Shown: one piece after another, positions 24,156 through 32,000 of the stretch | Numbering within the stretch: position 1 is the stretch's first letter | Layout: the number at the start of each line of letters is the position of its first letter | Source of the DNA: Dehalococcoidia bacterium | Lineage (GTDB): Bacteria; Chloroflexota; Dehalococcoidia; SHYB01 | Assembly: GCA_034420775.1 (NCBI GenBank) | Contig: DAOUKZ010000058.1 | Location: 16,108-48,107 of the forward strand | Direction of reading: 5' to 3' | DNA: 32,000 nt | Position numbers and translations under genes: made by a program | The notes under the pieces: generated by a model | Seen by the model: only the letters and a program-made list of their open reading frames with translations | Told to the model about the DNA's origin: nothing | Database searches by the model: none

Positions 24156-24494
24156 ATGAGCGAAGAGAGCTTGGAGGGATGGGTCCCTGAGATCGGGCCC
24201 GACCTCACGCTTGAACAGGTGATCGACCACGCCTTCGACTACCGGGGGAACACCACCCTCGTCTTGGCCGATGGCGAGGAGCGGGTCGCCTACGTCTCCA
24301 ACCGCGACGCCTCCGCGCCTGATCCGTTCATCCAGATCTTCGACGAAGGGGGCGAGGGGCCCTTCACCATCCCCTACGCCGACATTCGCGCCATCAAGTT
24401 CACCGGCAAGGACACCGCCGCGGGAAAGAGCTGGGAGGCGTGGGTTAAGCGCAAGGCGGCCGAGAAACTGGCCGCGGAGCAAGGAGGCCGGTAA
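24156..24494 (+). CDS. Small hypothetical protein embedded in the hopanoid cluster
   Basis: 112-aa ORF with TAGGAG 6 nt upstream. Composition matches the host. It lies between hpnH and hpnG with 9-nt and 3-nt gaps. No motif recognised. Confidence 0.55.
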   Translation: MSEESLEGWVPEIGPDLTLEQVIDHAFDYRGNTTLVLADGEERVAYVSNRDASAPDPFIQIFDEGGEGPFTIPYADIRAIKFTGKDTAAGKSWEAWVKRKAAEKLAAEQGGR

Positions 24495-24497
24495 CCG

Positions 24498-25268
24498 ATG
24501 CTTGTCTTCATTGGTTCGATACGCCGCGAGATCGCCGGCCTCGAGCCGTTGGTAAGCGACCCGGAGACGGAGCGGTTTGGCTCTTCCATCGTCATGGAAG
24601 GAACGGCCGACGGCCGACCGGTGGCCTTGGTCCGGAGCGGCATCGGACGGGAGCGGTCCGAGGCCGCCTTCCGCGACCTTCTGCTTGCCGAGATCCGTCC
24701 CCGCGCCATCGTCTCCCTCGGCTTTGCCGGCGGCGTCGCCCCCGACGTCTACGGCGGCGACCTCGTCGTCCCCCGCACCATTCGCGGCCTCGATTACTCA
24801 GGCGCCCCCGACGGCGCCATCACGCCGGACCCCTACCTCTTCGACTCGGCGCTCGAAGCGCTCGAGGACGAGTTCATCGCCGTCCACACCGATGAGGTCG
24901 TCACCGTACCCCAGACCCTCTTTACCCTCGAGCAAAAGGAGCAGTTCGCCTCCTCGCCCCGCACGAAGGCCGTCGACATGGAGTGCTACTGGGTTGGCAA
25001 ACTGGCATTAGAGGCGCGGATCCCGTTTCTCGCCGTCCGCGCCATCTCCGACGAAACGGAAGACGCCCTCCCCAACTATCCCCTTTTCCTCGACGACATG
25101 GGAGAGGTGCGACCCCTTGCCGCGGCCAGGTACTACGCGACGCACCCCTGGCACATCTTCGACGCGCCCCGCCTGGCGGGGAACGCGAGGAAAGGAGCAC
25201 GGAACCTCGCCGTGTTCGGGGAAGCCTTCGTCAAGAAGGTGTACCGGGCGGCGCCGGTCGCGACATGA
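24498..25268 (+). CDS. hpnG: Hopanoid-associated phosphorylase/nucleosidase HpnG (PNP/MTAN family)
   Basis: PNP_UDP-type blocks (SLGFAGGVAPDVYGGDLVVP, AVDMECYWVG, FLAVRAISDE) and position next to hpnH. Confidence 0.7.
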   Translation: MLVFIGSIRREIAGLEPLVSDPETERFGSSIVMEGTADGRPVALVRSGIGRERSEAAFRDLLLAEIRPRAIVSLGFAGGVAPDVYGGDLVVPRTIRGLDYSGAPDGAITPDPYLFDSALEALEDEFIAVHTDEVVTVPQTLFTLEQKEQFASSPRTKAVDMECYWVGKLALEARIPFLAVRAISDETEDALPNYPLFLDDMGEVRPLAAARYYATHPWHIFDAPRLAGNARKGARNLAVFGEAFVKKVYRAAPVAT

Positions 25269-26254
25269 AGGCCGCCGTCACCGGGGCCACCGGGTTCATC
25301 GGGGGCAACCTGGTGCGAGAACTCCTCGACCAGGGGGCTTCGGTCCGGGCGATGGCGCGGCCGGGGAGCGACCACAGAGCGATCGAAGGGTTGAACGTGG
25401 AGATTGCCGAAGCGGACCTGTTGGGTGAGGAAGAGCCGATGCGGCGGGCGCTGAGCGGGTGCGACGCGCTCTTTCACGCCGGCGCGCTCTACGCCTACTG
25501 GCCGCCGGACCACGGCCTCGCCTACCGGACCAACGTCGAGGGGACGAAGAAGATCTTGAGCGCGGCGAGCAAGGCGGGCGTCAAGCGCGTCGTCCACACC
25601 AGCTCTTCGGCGGCGATCGGCCTGCCGAAGGACGGCTCGCCGGGCACCGAGGAGACGCCGGTCGATACCCGCCAGCTTCTCGCGGGGTACAAGCGCTCGA
25701 AGTACCTGTCCGAGCTGGAGGCGCTGAAGGCGGGCATCAACGGCCTAGAGACGGTGATCGTGAACCCCACCACGCCGGTCGGGCCGGGCGACGTGAAGCC
25801 AACGCCGACGGGCAGGATCATCGTGGACTTCCTGAAGCAGCGCATGTTCGGCTATCTGGAGACGGGGCTCAATCTCGTGCACGTGGGCGACGTCGCCAAG
25901 GGGCACGTCCTCGCGTACGAGAAGGGCAAGCCGGGACACCGCTACATCCTCGGCAACCGGAACATGACGCTGCGCGAGATCTTCCAGACACTGGCCCGCA
26001 TCACCGGCCTCAGGCCGCCGAAGGTGCGCATCCCCTACTGGCTGGCCTTGGCCTTCGCTCATGCCGACGAGTTGATCGAGGGCCGCCTGCTGCGCCGGAC
26101 GCCGCGCGCCACCACCGCCGAAGTGCAGCTCGCCAGGAAGCGGATGTTCTTCGATCCGGCGAAGTCGCGCGCGGAGCTCGGCCTTCCGCAAACCCCAGTC
26201 GATGACGGTCTCGCCGAGGCGGTCGGCTGGTTCCGGGAGCATGGCTACGTATGA
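25265..26254 (+). CDS. hpnA: Hopanoid-associated NAD-dependent epimerase/dehydratase-family protein HpnA
   Basis: The ATG at 25265 overlaps the hpnG stop (ATGA). MKAAVTGATGFIGGNLV Rossmann motif and YKRSK catalytic pair. Immediately upstream of shc. Confidence 0.7.
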   Translation: MKAAVTGATGFIGGNLVRELLDQGASVRAMARPGSDHRAIEGLNVEIAEADLLGEEEPMRRALSGCDALFHAGALYAYWPPDHGLAYRTNVEGTKKILSAASKAGVKRVVHTSSSAAIGLPKDGSPGTEETPVDTRQLLAGYKRSKYLSELEALKAGINGLETVIVNPTTPVGPGDVKPTPTGRIIVDFLKQRMFGYLETGLNLVHVGDVAKGHVLAYEKGKPGHRYILGNRNMTLREIFQTLARITGLRPPKVRIPYWLALAFAHADELIEGRLLRRTPRATTAEVQLARKRMFFDPAKSRAELGLPQTPVDDGLAEAVGWFREHGYV

Positions 26255-28266
26255 TCTCTTCCACCCAGAGAACACAAGTCGCCAACCACACGCCATACAG
26301 GAACGGGACAGCGCCCCGTTTGGGCGCCATCCCGTTCGCCGAAAAGCTCGACAGGACGATCGACCGCGCCGTCGGTCACCTCTTCGACCTGCAATACGAC
26401 GACGGCTACTGGTGGGGCGAGCTCGAAGCCAACTGCGCCATCCACGCCGAGTACCTGCTGCTCACCCACTTCATGGACCTGCCCGATCGCGAGCGCTGGC
26501 GCAAGATCGTCAACTACCTGAAACAGATGCAGCTGGAGGACGGCGGCTGGCCGATCTGGTACGGCGGGCCCAGCGACCTCAGCATCGCGGTCGAGTGTTA
26601 CTTCGCCATGAAGCTCGCCGGCGAGCCCTACGACGACCCGGCGCTCGCCAAGGCCCGCGAGTTCATCCTGTCCAACGGCGGCGTCCCCGAAACCCGGGTC
26701 TTCACCAAGATGTGGCTCGCCCTCTTCGGCCAGTGGGAGTGGGAAGCCACGCCGGTGTTGCCCGTCGAGATCATGCATCTCCCCGCGTGGTTCCCGCTCA
26801 ACATCTACGAGTTCGCCAGTTGGGCGCGGGGGACGATCGTCGCCTGCACGATTCTCATGACAGAGAAGCCGCTCCGGAGCGTGCCGGAGTGGGCCGACAT
26901 CGACGAGCTCTACCCCGACGGGCGGGAGAGGACGGAATACACGTTCGGCACGAACGGGAGGCTGCTCAGCACGGGGACCTTCTTCAAGGCCGTCGACCGC
27001 GCCCTGCGGCTGCTCGAATGGCGTCCTTTCCGCACGGTGCGCCGTCCCTTCAAGAACTCCGCGCTGAAGAAGGCCGAAGAGTGGATCGTCAGACGCCAGG
27101 AAGAGGATGGGTCGTGGGGCGGCATCCAGCCGCCGTGGGTCTATTCGCTGATGGCCCTCCGCACCGTGGGCTACGACAACGACCACCCCGTCATCCAAAA
27201 GGGCCTCAACGGCTTCAAGGGCTTTGCGCGAGAGACGGACGATACCTTCCGCACCGAGCCGTGCATCTCGCCGGTGTGGGACACCTGCCTCGCGATGATC
27301 GCCTTGCAGGAAGCCGACGTTGCGGTCGACGACCCGCGCTTGGCCAAGGCGGCGGAGTGGCTGCTCGACGAACAGATCCTCGAATACGCCGGCGACTGGC
27401 AGGTGAAGCGGCCGGAGCTGAAGCCGGGCGGCTGGGCGTTCGAGTTCGCCAACGACGTCTATCCCGACATCGACGACACCGCGATGGTCATGATTGCCCT
27501 CCACAACATGGGTCGGAGTGGAGACCCGCGCATGGACCTGGCGCTGGAGCGCAGCCGGGACTGGCTTGAAGGGATGCAGAGCAAAAACGGCGGGTGGGCC
27601 TCCTTCGACGCCGACAACCTGAAGCGGTGGGTCTCCACCATCCCGTTCTGCGACTTCGGCGAAGTGGTCGATCCCCCCAGCGAGGACGTCACGGCCCACG
27701 TGCTAGAAATCCTGGGACGCATGGGCTATAACAGTTCCCGGGCGAGCGTCAATGCGGGGCTCGACTTCCTGAAGGAGACCCAGGAACTCGACGGTTCGTG
27801 GTGGGGCAGATGGGGCGTGAACTACATTTACGGGCTTGGGGCGGTGCTTCCCGCGCTGCGGCATATCGGCGAGGACATGAACCAGCCCTACATCCGAAAG
27901 GCCCTCGATTGGATCGTCGCGCACCAGCGCGAGGATGGCGGCTGGGGCGAAGGCGTCGAGTCTTACATCGACCCATCGCTACGCGGCAAGGGGCCGAGCA
28001 CGAAGTCGCAGACGGCGTGGGCCCTGCTGGGGCTGATCGCCGGCGGCCGGGAAGAAACGGAGAGCGTGAAGCGCGGCGTCGACTACCTCATCCGCAGCCA
28101 GCAGGACGACGGCTCGTGGGACGAGCCGGAGTTCACCGGCACCGGCTTCCCCCGGGACTTCATGATCAACTACCACCTCTACCGCAACTACTGGCCGCTC
28201 ATGGCGCTCGGGCAGTACCGCAGGGCCATCCGTGCTGGGAAGAGGACCATCCGTAGCTATGGCTAA
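26251..28266 (+). CDS. shc: Squalene-hopene cyclase
   Basis: DxDD catalytic motif ([10 protein letters not shown]), ISPVWDT, and several QW repeats ([60 protein letters not shown]). ATGA overlap with hpnA. Confidence 0.95.
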   Translation: MISSTQRTQVANHTPYRNGTAPRLGAIPFAEKLDRTIDRAVGHLFDLQYDDGYWWGELEANCAIHAEYLLLTHFMDLPDRERWRKIVNYLKQMQLEDGGWPIWYGGPSDLSIAVECYFAMKLAGEPYDDPALAKAREFILSNGGVPETRVFTKMWLALFGQWEWEATPVLPVEIMHLPAWFPLNIYEFASWARGTIVACTILMTEKPLRSVPEWADIDELYPDGRERTEYTFGTNGRLLSTGTFFKAVDRALRLLEWRPFRTVRRPFKNSALKKAEEWIVRRQEEDGSWGGIQPPWVYSLMALRTVGYDNDHPVIQKGLNGFKGFARETDDTFRTEPCISPVWDTCLAMIALQEADVAVDDPRLAKAAEWLLDEQILEYAGDWQVKRPELKPGGWAFEFANDVYPDIDDTAMVMIALHNMGRSGDPRMDLALERSRDWLEGMQSKNGGWASFDADNLKRWVSTIPFCDFGEVVDPPSEDVTAHVLEILGRMGYNSSRASVNAGLDFLKETQELDGSWWGRWGVNYIYGLGAVLPALRHIGEDMNQPYIRKALDWIVAHQREDGGWGEGVESYIDPSLRGKGPSTKSQTAWALLGLIAGGREETESVKRGVDYLIRSQQDDGSWDEPEFTGTGFPRDFMINYHLYRNYWPLMALGQYRRAIRAGKRTIRSYG

Positions 28267-29548
28267 AGGGGCGAAACGGGCGCTGCCCATCGCGCAACCC
28301 TCGCCGCCGGCGGGCGCCGCCAACGGGCACGTCTCCGCGCGGCGGCGGCTGTCGAAGGTCGCCATGGTGGGCGGCGTGCCCATCGGCGGGATGAACCCCA
28401 TCGTGGTCCAGTCGATGACCGACACCGACACCGCGAACGTCGAGGCCACGACGGCGCAAGTGAAGCTGCTGGCCGACGCGGGCAGCGAGTTGGTGCGCGT
28501 GACGGTCAACAACGACGACGCGGCCCGCGCCGTGCCCGAAGTCCGCAAGCGGCTCGACGCCGAGGGCTGCTTCGTGCCGCTCATCGGTGATTTTCACTTC
28601 ATCGGCCACCGGCTGCTGCGCGACCACGCCGACTGCGCCAAGACGCTCGCCAAGTTCCGCATCAACCCCGGCAACGTGGGGCGGGGCCCGCGCCACGACG
28701 AAAACTTCCGCGCCTTCATCGAGGTGGCCCGTGACCTCAACAAGCCGGTGCGCATCGGCGTCAACGCGGGCAGCCTCGACCCCGACATCCTGGCGCGGCG
28801 CATGGACGAGAACTCGCGGCTTCCCAACCCCGCCGACGGCGACACCGTCGAACGGGCGGCGCTCGTCGAGAGCGCCATCGAGAGCGCCGCGGCGGCGGTC
28901 GATCTCGGCCTGCCGGAAGAGAACATCATCATCTCGTGCAAGGTGTCGCGGCTGCCCCAGATGGTCGAGGCCTACCGGGAGATCGCGGCGCAGTGCGACT
29001 TCCCCCTGCACCTGGGCCTCACCGAGGCCGGCATGGGGACGAAGGGGATCGTCGCGACGACCGCCGCCCTCTCCGTCCTGCTCTACGACGGCATCGGCGA
29101 CACGATCCGGTCGAGCCTGACCCCGGAGCCGGGCGGCGACCGCGCCCGCGAGGTCCGCCTCTGCCAGGAGGTCCTTCAGGCCCTACATCTTCGGTCCTTC
29201 CGGCCCGCAGTGACCGCCTGCCCCGGTTGCGGCAGGACGACGTCGACGCTGTTCCGCGAGCTCGCCCGCGACATCCAGGTGCACCTCGACGAGAAGATGC
29301 CCGTGTGGCGGGGCAAGTACGCCGGCGCCGAGACGCTCACGGTCGCGGTCATGGGCTGCGTGGTGAACGGGCCCGGCGAGTCCCGCGCCGCCAACATCGG
29401 CATTTCCCTGCCCGGCAGCGGCGAGGCGCCCCGCGCGCCGGTCTTCGTCGACGGTGAGCGCAGCCGCTTCTTGGAAGGCGCGACGATCGCCGACGACTTC
29501 ATTGGGATGGTCGAGGAGTACGTGGAGCGGCGCTGGGGCGGCGCGTAG
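28259..29548 (+). CDS. ispG: 4-hydroxy-3-methylbut-2-en-1-yl diphosphate synthase IspG (cluster-associated copy)
   Basis: [19 protein letters not shown] and LHLGLTEAG blocks, plus the Fe-S Cys ligands CPGCGRT and [10 protein letters not shown] chose ATG 28259, which overlaps the shc stop by 8 nt, because the conserved [17 protein letters not shown] segment lies upstream of the next Met. Confidence 0.85.
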   Translation: MAKGAKRALPIAQPSPPAGAANGHVSARRRLSKVAMVGGVPIGGMNPIVVQSMTDTDTANVEATTAQVKLLADAGSELVRVTVNNDDAARAVPEVRKRLDAEGCFVPLIGDFHFIGHRLLRDHADCAKTLAKFRINPGNVGRGPRHDENFRAFIEVARDLNKPVRIGVNAGSLDPDILARRMDENSRLPNPADGDTVERAALVESAIESAAAAVDLGLPEENIIISCKVSRLPQMVEAYREIAAQCDFPLHLGLTEAGMGTKGIVATTAALSVLLYDGIGDTIRSSLTPEPGGDRAREVRLCQEVLQALHLRSFRPAVTACPGCGRTTSTLFRELARDIQVHLDEKMPVWRGKYAGAETLTVAVMGCVVNGPGESRAANIGISLPGSGEAPRAPVFVDGERSRFLEGATIADDFIGMVEEYVERRWGGA

Positions 29549-29587
29549 CCGCGGGCCCGGCCCCGCCGACACAGGGGCGTCACCGTC

Positions 29588-30475
29588 ATGGCCGCCGACT
29601 CCCTGCCCACCGTTCCCGAGGCGTACGAGGCCTGCCGGGCCCTGGTGCGGGAGCGCGCCACCAACTTCTACTACGCCTTCCTCCCCCTGCCGCCGCCCAA
29701 GCGGCGCGCCATCTATGCCGCCTACGCCTTCAGCCGCGCCTGCGACGACTACTCCGACGAGCCGCTGCCGCTCGACGAAAAGCAGAGCCTGCTGGAAGAA
29801 CACCGCCGCCGCCTCCATGAGACCTACGAGGGCCGCCCCTGCGACGCCACCTTCGTGGCGCTCTGGGACGCGGCGCAGCGCTACGCCATTCCGCGCGAGT
29901 ACTTCGACAGCCTCATCGACGGCGTGGTGATGGACCTGACCATCAATCGGTACGAGACCTTCGACGACCTGCGCCGTTACTGCTACCACGTCGCCTCGGT
30001 GGTAGGCTTGATCTGCATCGAGATCTTCGGCTACCGCGGCGAGCAGGCCAAGGAGTACGCCATCGACCTCGGCATCGCCATGCAGCTCGTCAACATCATG
30101 CGCGACGTGAAAGAGGACGCCGAGCGGGACCGCATCTACCTGCCGCAAGACGAGCTGCGGCGGTTCGGCTACGGTGAGGACGACCTCATAGCGGGCGTCG
30201 TCAACGGCCCGTTCGTCGAGCTCATGCGCTTCCAAGCGGAGCGGGCCCGAGAGCACTTCCGAAACGGCGGGATGCTCCTCCCGCTCGTGCCGACGCGCTC
30301 GCGAGTGTGCCCCGCCGTCCTGCGCGCCCTCTACTCGAAGGTCCTGCGCCGGATCGAGGCGAACGGCTACGACGTCTTCAGCGAGCGGGCCGCCCTCTCG
30401 ACCGGCGGCAAGCTGCTCACCGTCCTGCAGACGTGGAGCGGCGTCGTGGCCCGGAGCCTGCTCCCGTGGCGGTGA
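29588..30475 (+). CDS. Squalene/phytoene synthase-family protein (HpnD-like presqualene diphosphate synthase or squalene synthase)
   Basis: NFYYAFLPLPPPKRRAIYAAYAFSRACDDYSDE carries the first Asp-rich motif and MQLVNIMRDVKEDAERDRIYLP the second. 295 aa. Confidence 0.8.
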   Translation: MAADSLPTVPEAYEACRALVRERATNFYYAFLPLPPPKRRAIYAAYAFSRACDDYSDEPLPLDEKQSLLEEHRRRLHETYEGRPCDATFVALWDAAQRYAIPREYFDSLIDGVVMDLTINRYETFDDLRRYCYHVASVVGLICIEIFGYRGEQAKEYAIDLGIAMQLVNIMRDVKEDAERDRIYLPQDELRRFGYGEDDLIAGVVNGPFVELMRFQAERAREHFRNGGMLLPLVPTRSRVCPAVLRALYSKVLRRIEANGYDVFSERAALSTGGKLLTVLQTWSGVVARSLLPWR

Positions 30476-31476
30476 ACGGGGCGCTGGTACTCGCGCCCTT
30501 TGACGCCGCAGGCCTCGACCGGCTCCGCGCCGCGGGCCTCTCTGTTACCTACGAAAGCTGGCTCGACACCGGGGAGCTCCAAGACCCCGAGGAACTGGGC
30601 CGCAGGCTCGACGCCGAGGGCAAAGGCTACGTCGTCGTCGAGGCCGACTTCGTCTTTGAGGAGACGATGGACCTGGCCCCCGGCCTCAGACTCGTCGGGA
30701 TCTGCCGGAACGCTCTCAACCACGTCGACATCGACGCCGCGACGGAGCGGGGCGTGCTCGTGGTCAACACGCCAGGCCGGAACGGGGCCGCCGTCGCCGA
30801 GCTCACCATCGGGCTGATGCTCGGCCTCGCGCGGCGCCTCCCCGCCGCCGACGCCTGGGTGCGCGGCCGCAAGTGGTCCGACCCCGCGGCCGGCTATGCC
30901 GAGTTCCGGGGCGCCGAGATTCAGGGGAAGACCGTCGGCATCATCGGCCTCGGCGCAATCGGGCGGATGGTCGCCGAGCGGCTCTCCGGTTTCGGCGCTT
31001 CGCTCGTCGCCGCCGACCCCTACGTCGACGCGAAGGCGGCGGCCGGCCTCGGCGTGCGGCTGATTGCACTCGACGAGCTGCTCGCGGCCTCCGATTACGT
31101 CCTTGTGCACGTGCCTCCCGGCGAGTCGACGCTCGGCCTCATCGGCGAGCGCGCCCTCGGCGCCATGAAGCGGACAGCCTTCCTTGTCAACGTCTCCGCC
31201 TCCAGCGTGGTCGACGAGGCGGCACTGGCCGGCGCGCTGCGCGGGGGAGTCATCGCCGGCGCGGCCCTCGACGTCTTCGATGGCCACCCGCTGCCGGAGT
31301 CGAGCCCGCTCCTCGATCTGGACAACGTGATCCTGACGCCGCACATCGGCGGCGCGACCCACGAGACCGTCGAGCGCCAGTCGGCGATGATCGTGGAGGA
31401 CATCCTGCGCGTCGAGGCCGGTGAGCGGCCCGAGCGGCTGGTAAACTCCGCGGCATGGGACCGGCGGCGCACCTGA
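30472..31476 (+). CDS. D-isomer-specific 2-hydroxyacid dehydrogenase (PGDH-like)
   Basis: GKTVGIIGLGAIGRMVA NAD motif, VVNTPGRNGAAVAEL, and PHIGGATHE with the catalytic His. The start is uncertain (GTG 30466 or 30472); GTG 30472 overlaps the upstream stop. Confidence 0.75.
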   Translation: MNGALVLAPFDAAGLDRLRAAGLSVTYESWLDTGELQDPEELGRRLDAEGKGYVVVEADFVFEETMDLAPGLRLVGICRNALNHVDIDAATERGVLVVNTPGRNGAAVAELTIGLMLGLARRLPAADAWVRGRKWSDPAAGYAEFRGAEIQGKTVGIIGLGAIGRMVAERLSGFGASLVAADPYVDAKAAAGLGVRLIALDELLAASDYVLVHVPPGESTLGLIGERALGAMKRTAFLVNVSASSVVDEAALAGALRGGVIAGAALDVFDGHPLPESSPLLDLDNVILTPHIGGATHETVERQSAMIVEDILRVEAGERPERLVNSAAWDRRRT

Positions 31477-32000
31477 GACGCCCACCGGCGGCCCGCGCCG
31501 CCGGGAAAGGGCGATGCGTCGCCGCCATCGACATGGGCGGCTCGTCGATTCGCGCCGGCCTGTTCGACGAGCGGGGCCGGCTTCTGGCCCTCCGCTCCCG
31601 CCCACTTCACTTCAGCGTCCTTGATGGCGGCGACCCGCGAGGCTTCGACGCGGACGCCGTCTGGCGATCCGCGAGGTCCGCACTTCGCGGTGCGATTCGC
31701 GCCGCCGGCGTCCGCGCCAAGGACGTCGAGGCCGTGGCGGCGACGGGACAGCGCCACGGCTTGGCCCTGATTTCAGGCGATGGGCGCACCCTCTACCTGG
31801 GTCCGACGGCGGAGCACCGGGCCTTCTTCCATGGCCAGGCGATCGATGAGGAGCACGGCGCCGAGATCTACGCCGCGACGGGTCATCTGCCCGCGCTGAT
31901 CGCCGCCCCCGCGAAGCTGCGCTGGCTGGCGGAGTCGCTGCCGGACTTCGACCAAGCGCGGCGTGTCCTCACGCTCGACGGCTGGCTCGCGCACCGGCTG
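31455..32000 (+). CDS. FGGY-family carbohydrate kinase, N-terminal part (3' end outside window)
   Basis: This open frame is absent from the ORF track because it has no stop in the window. It reads MGPAAHLRRPPAARAAGKGRCVAAIDMGGSSIRAGLFDERG...AVAATGQRHGLALISGDG...TGHLPALIAAPAKLRWLAE...LTLDGWLAHRL, which matches the FGGY_N pattern. The choice of ATG 31455 as start is tentative. Confidence 0.65.
   Translation, partial: MGPAAHLRRPPAARAAGKGRCVAAIDMGGSSIRAGLFDERGRLLALRSRPLHFSVLDGGDPRGFDADAVWRSARSALRGAIRAAGVRAKDVEAVAATGQRHGLALISGDGRTLYLGPTAEHRAFFHGQAIDEEHGAEIYAATGHLPALIAAPAKLRWLAESLPDFDQARRVLTLDGWLAHRL

Noticed and set aside
18166-31605. Many long ORFs antisense to, or out of frame with, the called genes. 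Examples are 18166..19539, 19730..21046, 22022..23176, 23142..24482, 26245..27699, 28199..29011, 29183..30256 and 30367..31605 on the minus strand, and 26202..27569 and 25459..26205 on the plus strand.
   Set aside because: Each overlaps a gene with clear family motifs on the other strand or frame. Their translations are dominated by Arg/Gly/Ala/Pro/Asp/His runs with no recognisable domains. This is the expected absence of stop codons in GC-rich sequence.
1-32000. CRISPR arrays, tRNA/rRNA genes, transposases, integrases and prophage structural genes
   Set aside because: I saw no periodic direct repeats with spacers and no tRNA-like T-arm or acceptor patterns in the intergenic regions. No ORF has recognisable DDE, tyrosine- or serine-recombinase, or phage motifs.

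Overview
This is a densely coding bacterial chromosomal window that looks roughly two-thirds G+C or more by eye. I saw no rRNA, tRNA, CRISPR array, transposase or integrase.

Gene content, left to right:
- Two tandem LLM-class oxidoreductases (the first is cut by the window edge).
- A minus-strand pair: a nucleoside-deoxyribosyltransferase-like gene followed by an ammonium transporter.
- A small membrane protein and a cupin.
- A PIN-domain toxin with an unusually long upstream partner.
- A same-strand DUF35 / SCP-x-type thiolase / three-SDR cluster (5.5-9.7 kb).
- A visibly AT-richer island of about 4.5 kb (about 9.7-14.2 kb).
- dnaJ.
- A convergent rplU-rpmA-rpmE-DUF1385 operon.
- An AT-richer orphan membrane-anchored gene.
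- A second thiolase/DUF35 pair.
- A tightly coupled isoprenoid/hopanoid supercluster of more than 10 kb (dxs, polyprenyl synthase, hpnH, small ORF, hpnG, hpnA, shc, ispG, squalene/phytoene-synthase-like).
- A 2-hydroxyacid dehydrogenase and a partial FGGY kinase.

The AT-richer island is the best candidate for an undescribed system. It carries three translationally coupled genes: a TIR-domain/P-loop NTPase fusion (741 aa), a 316-aa protein that looks like two tandem Rossmann/CARF-like modules, and a DNA methyltransferase with an SPPY motif. There is no recognisable nuclease and no mobility gene. I interpret it as a candidate modification-linked TIR defence or abortive-infection module.

All functional calls rest on motif recognition in the supplied translations. 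No database search was possible.
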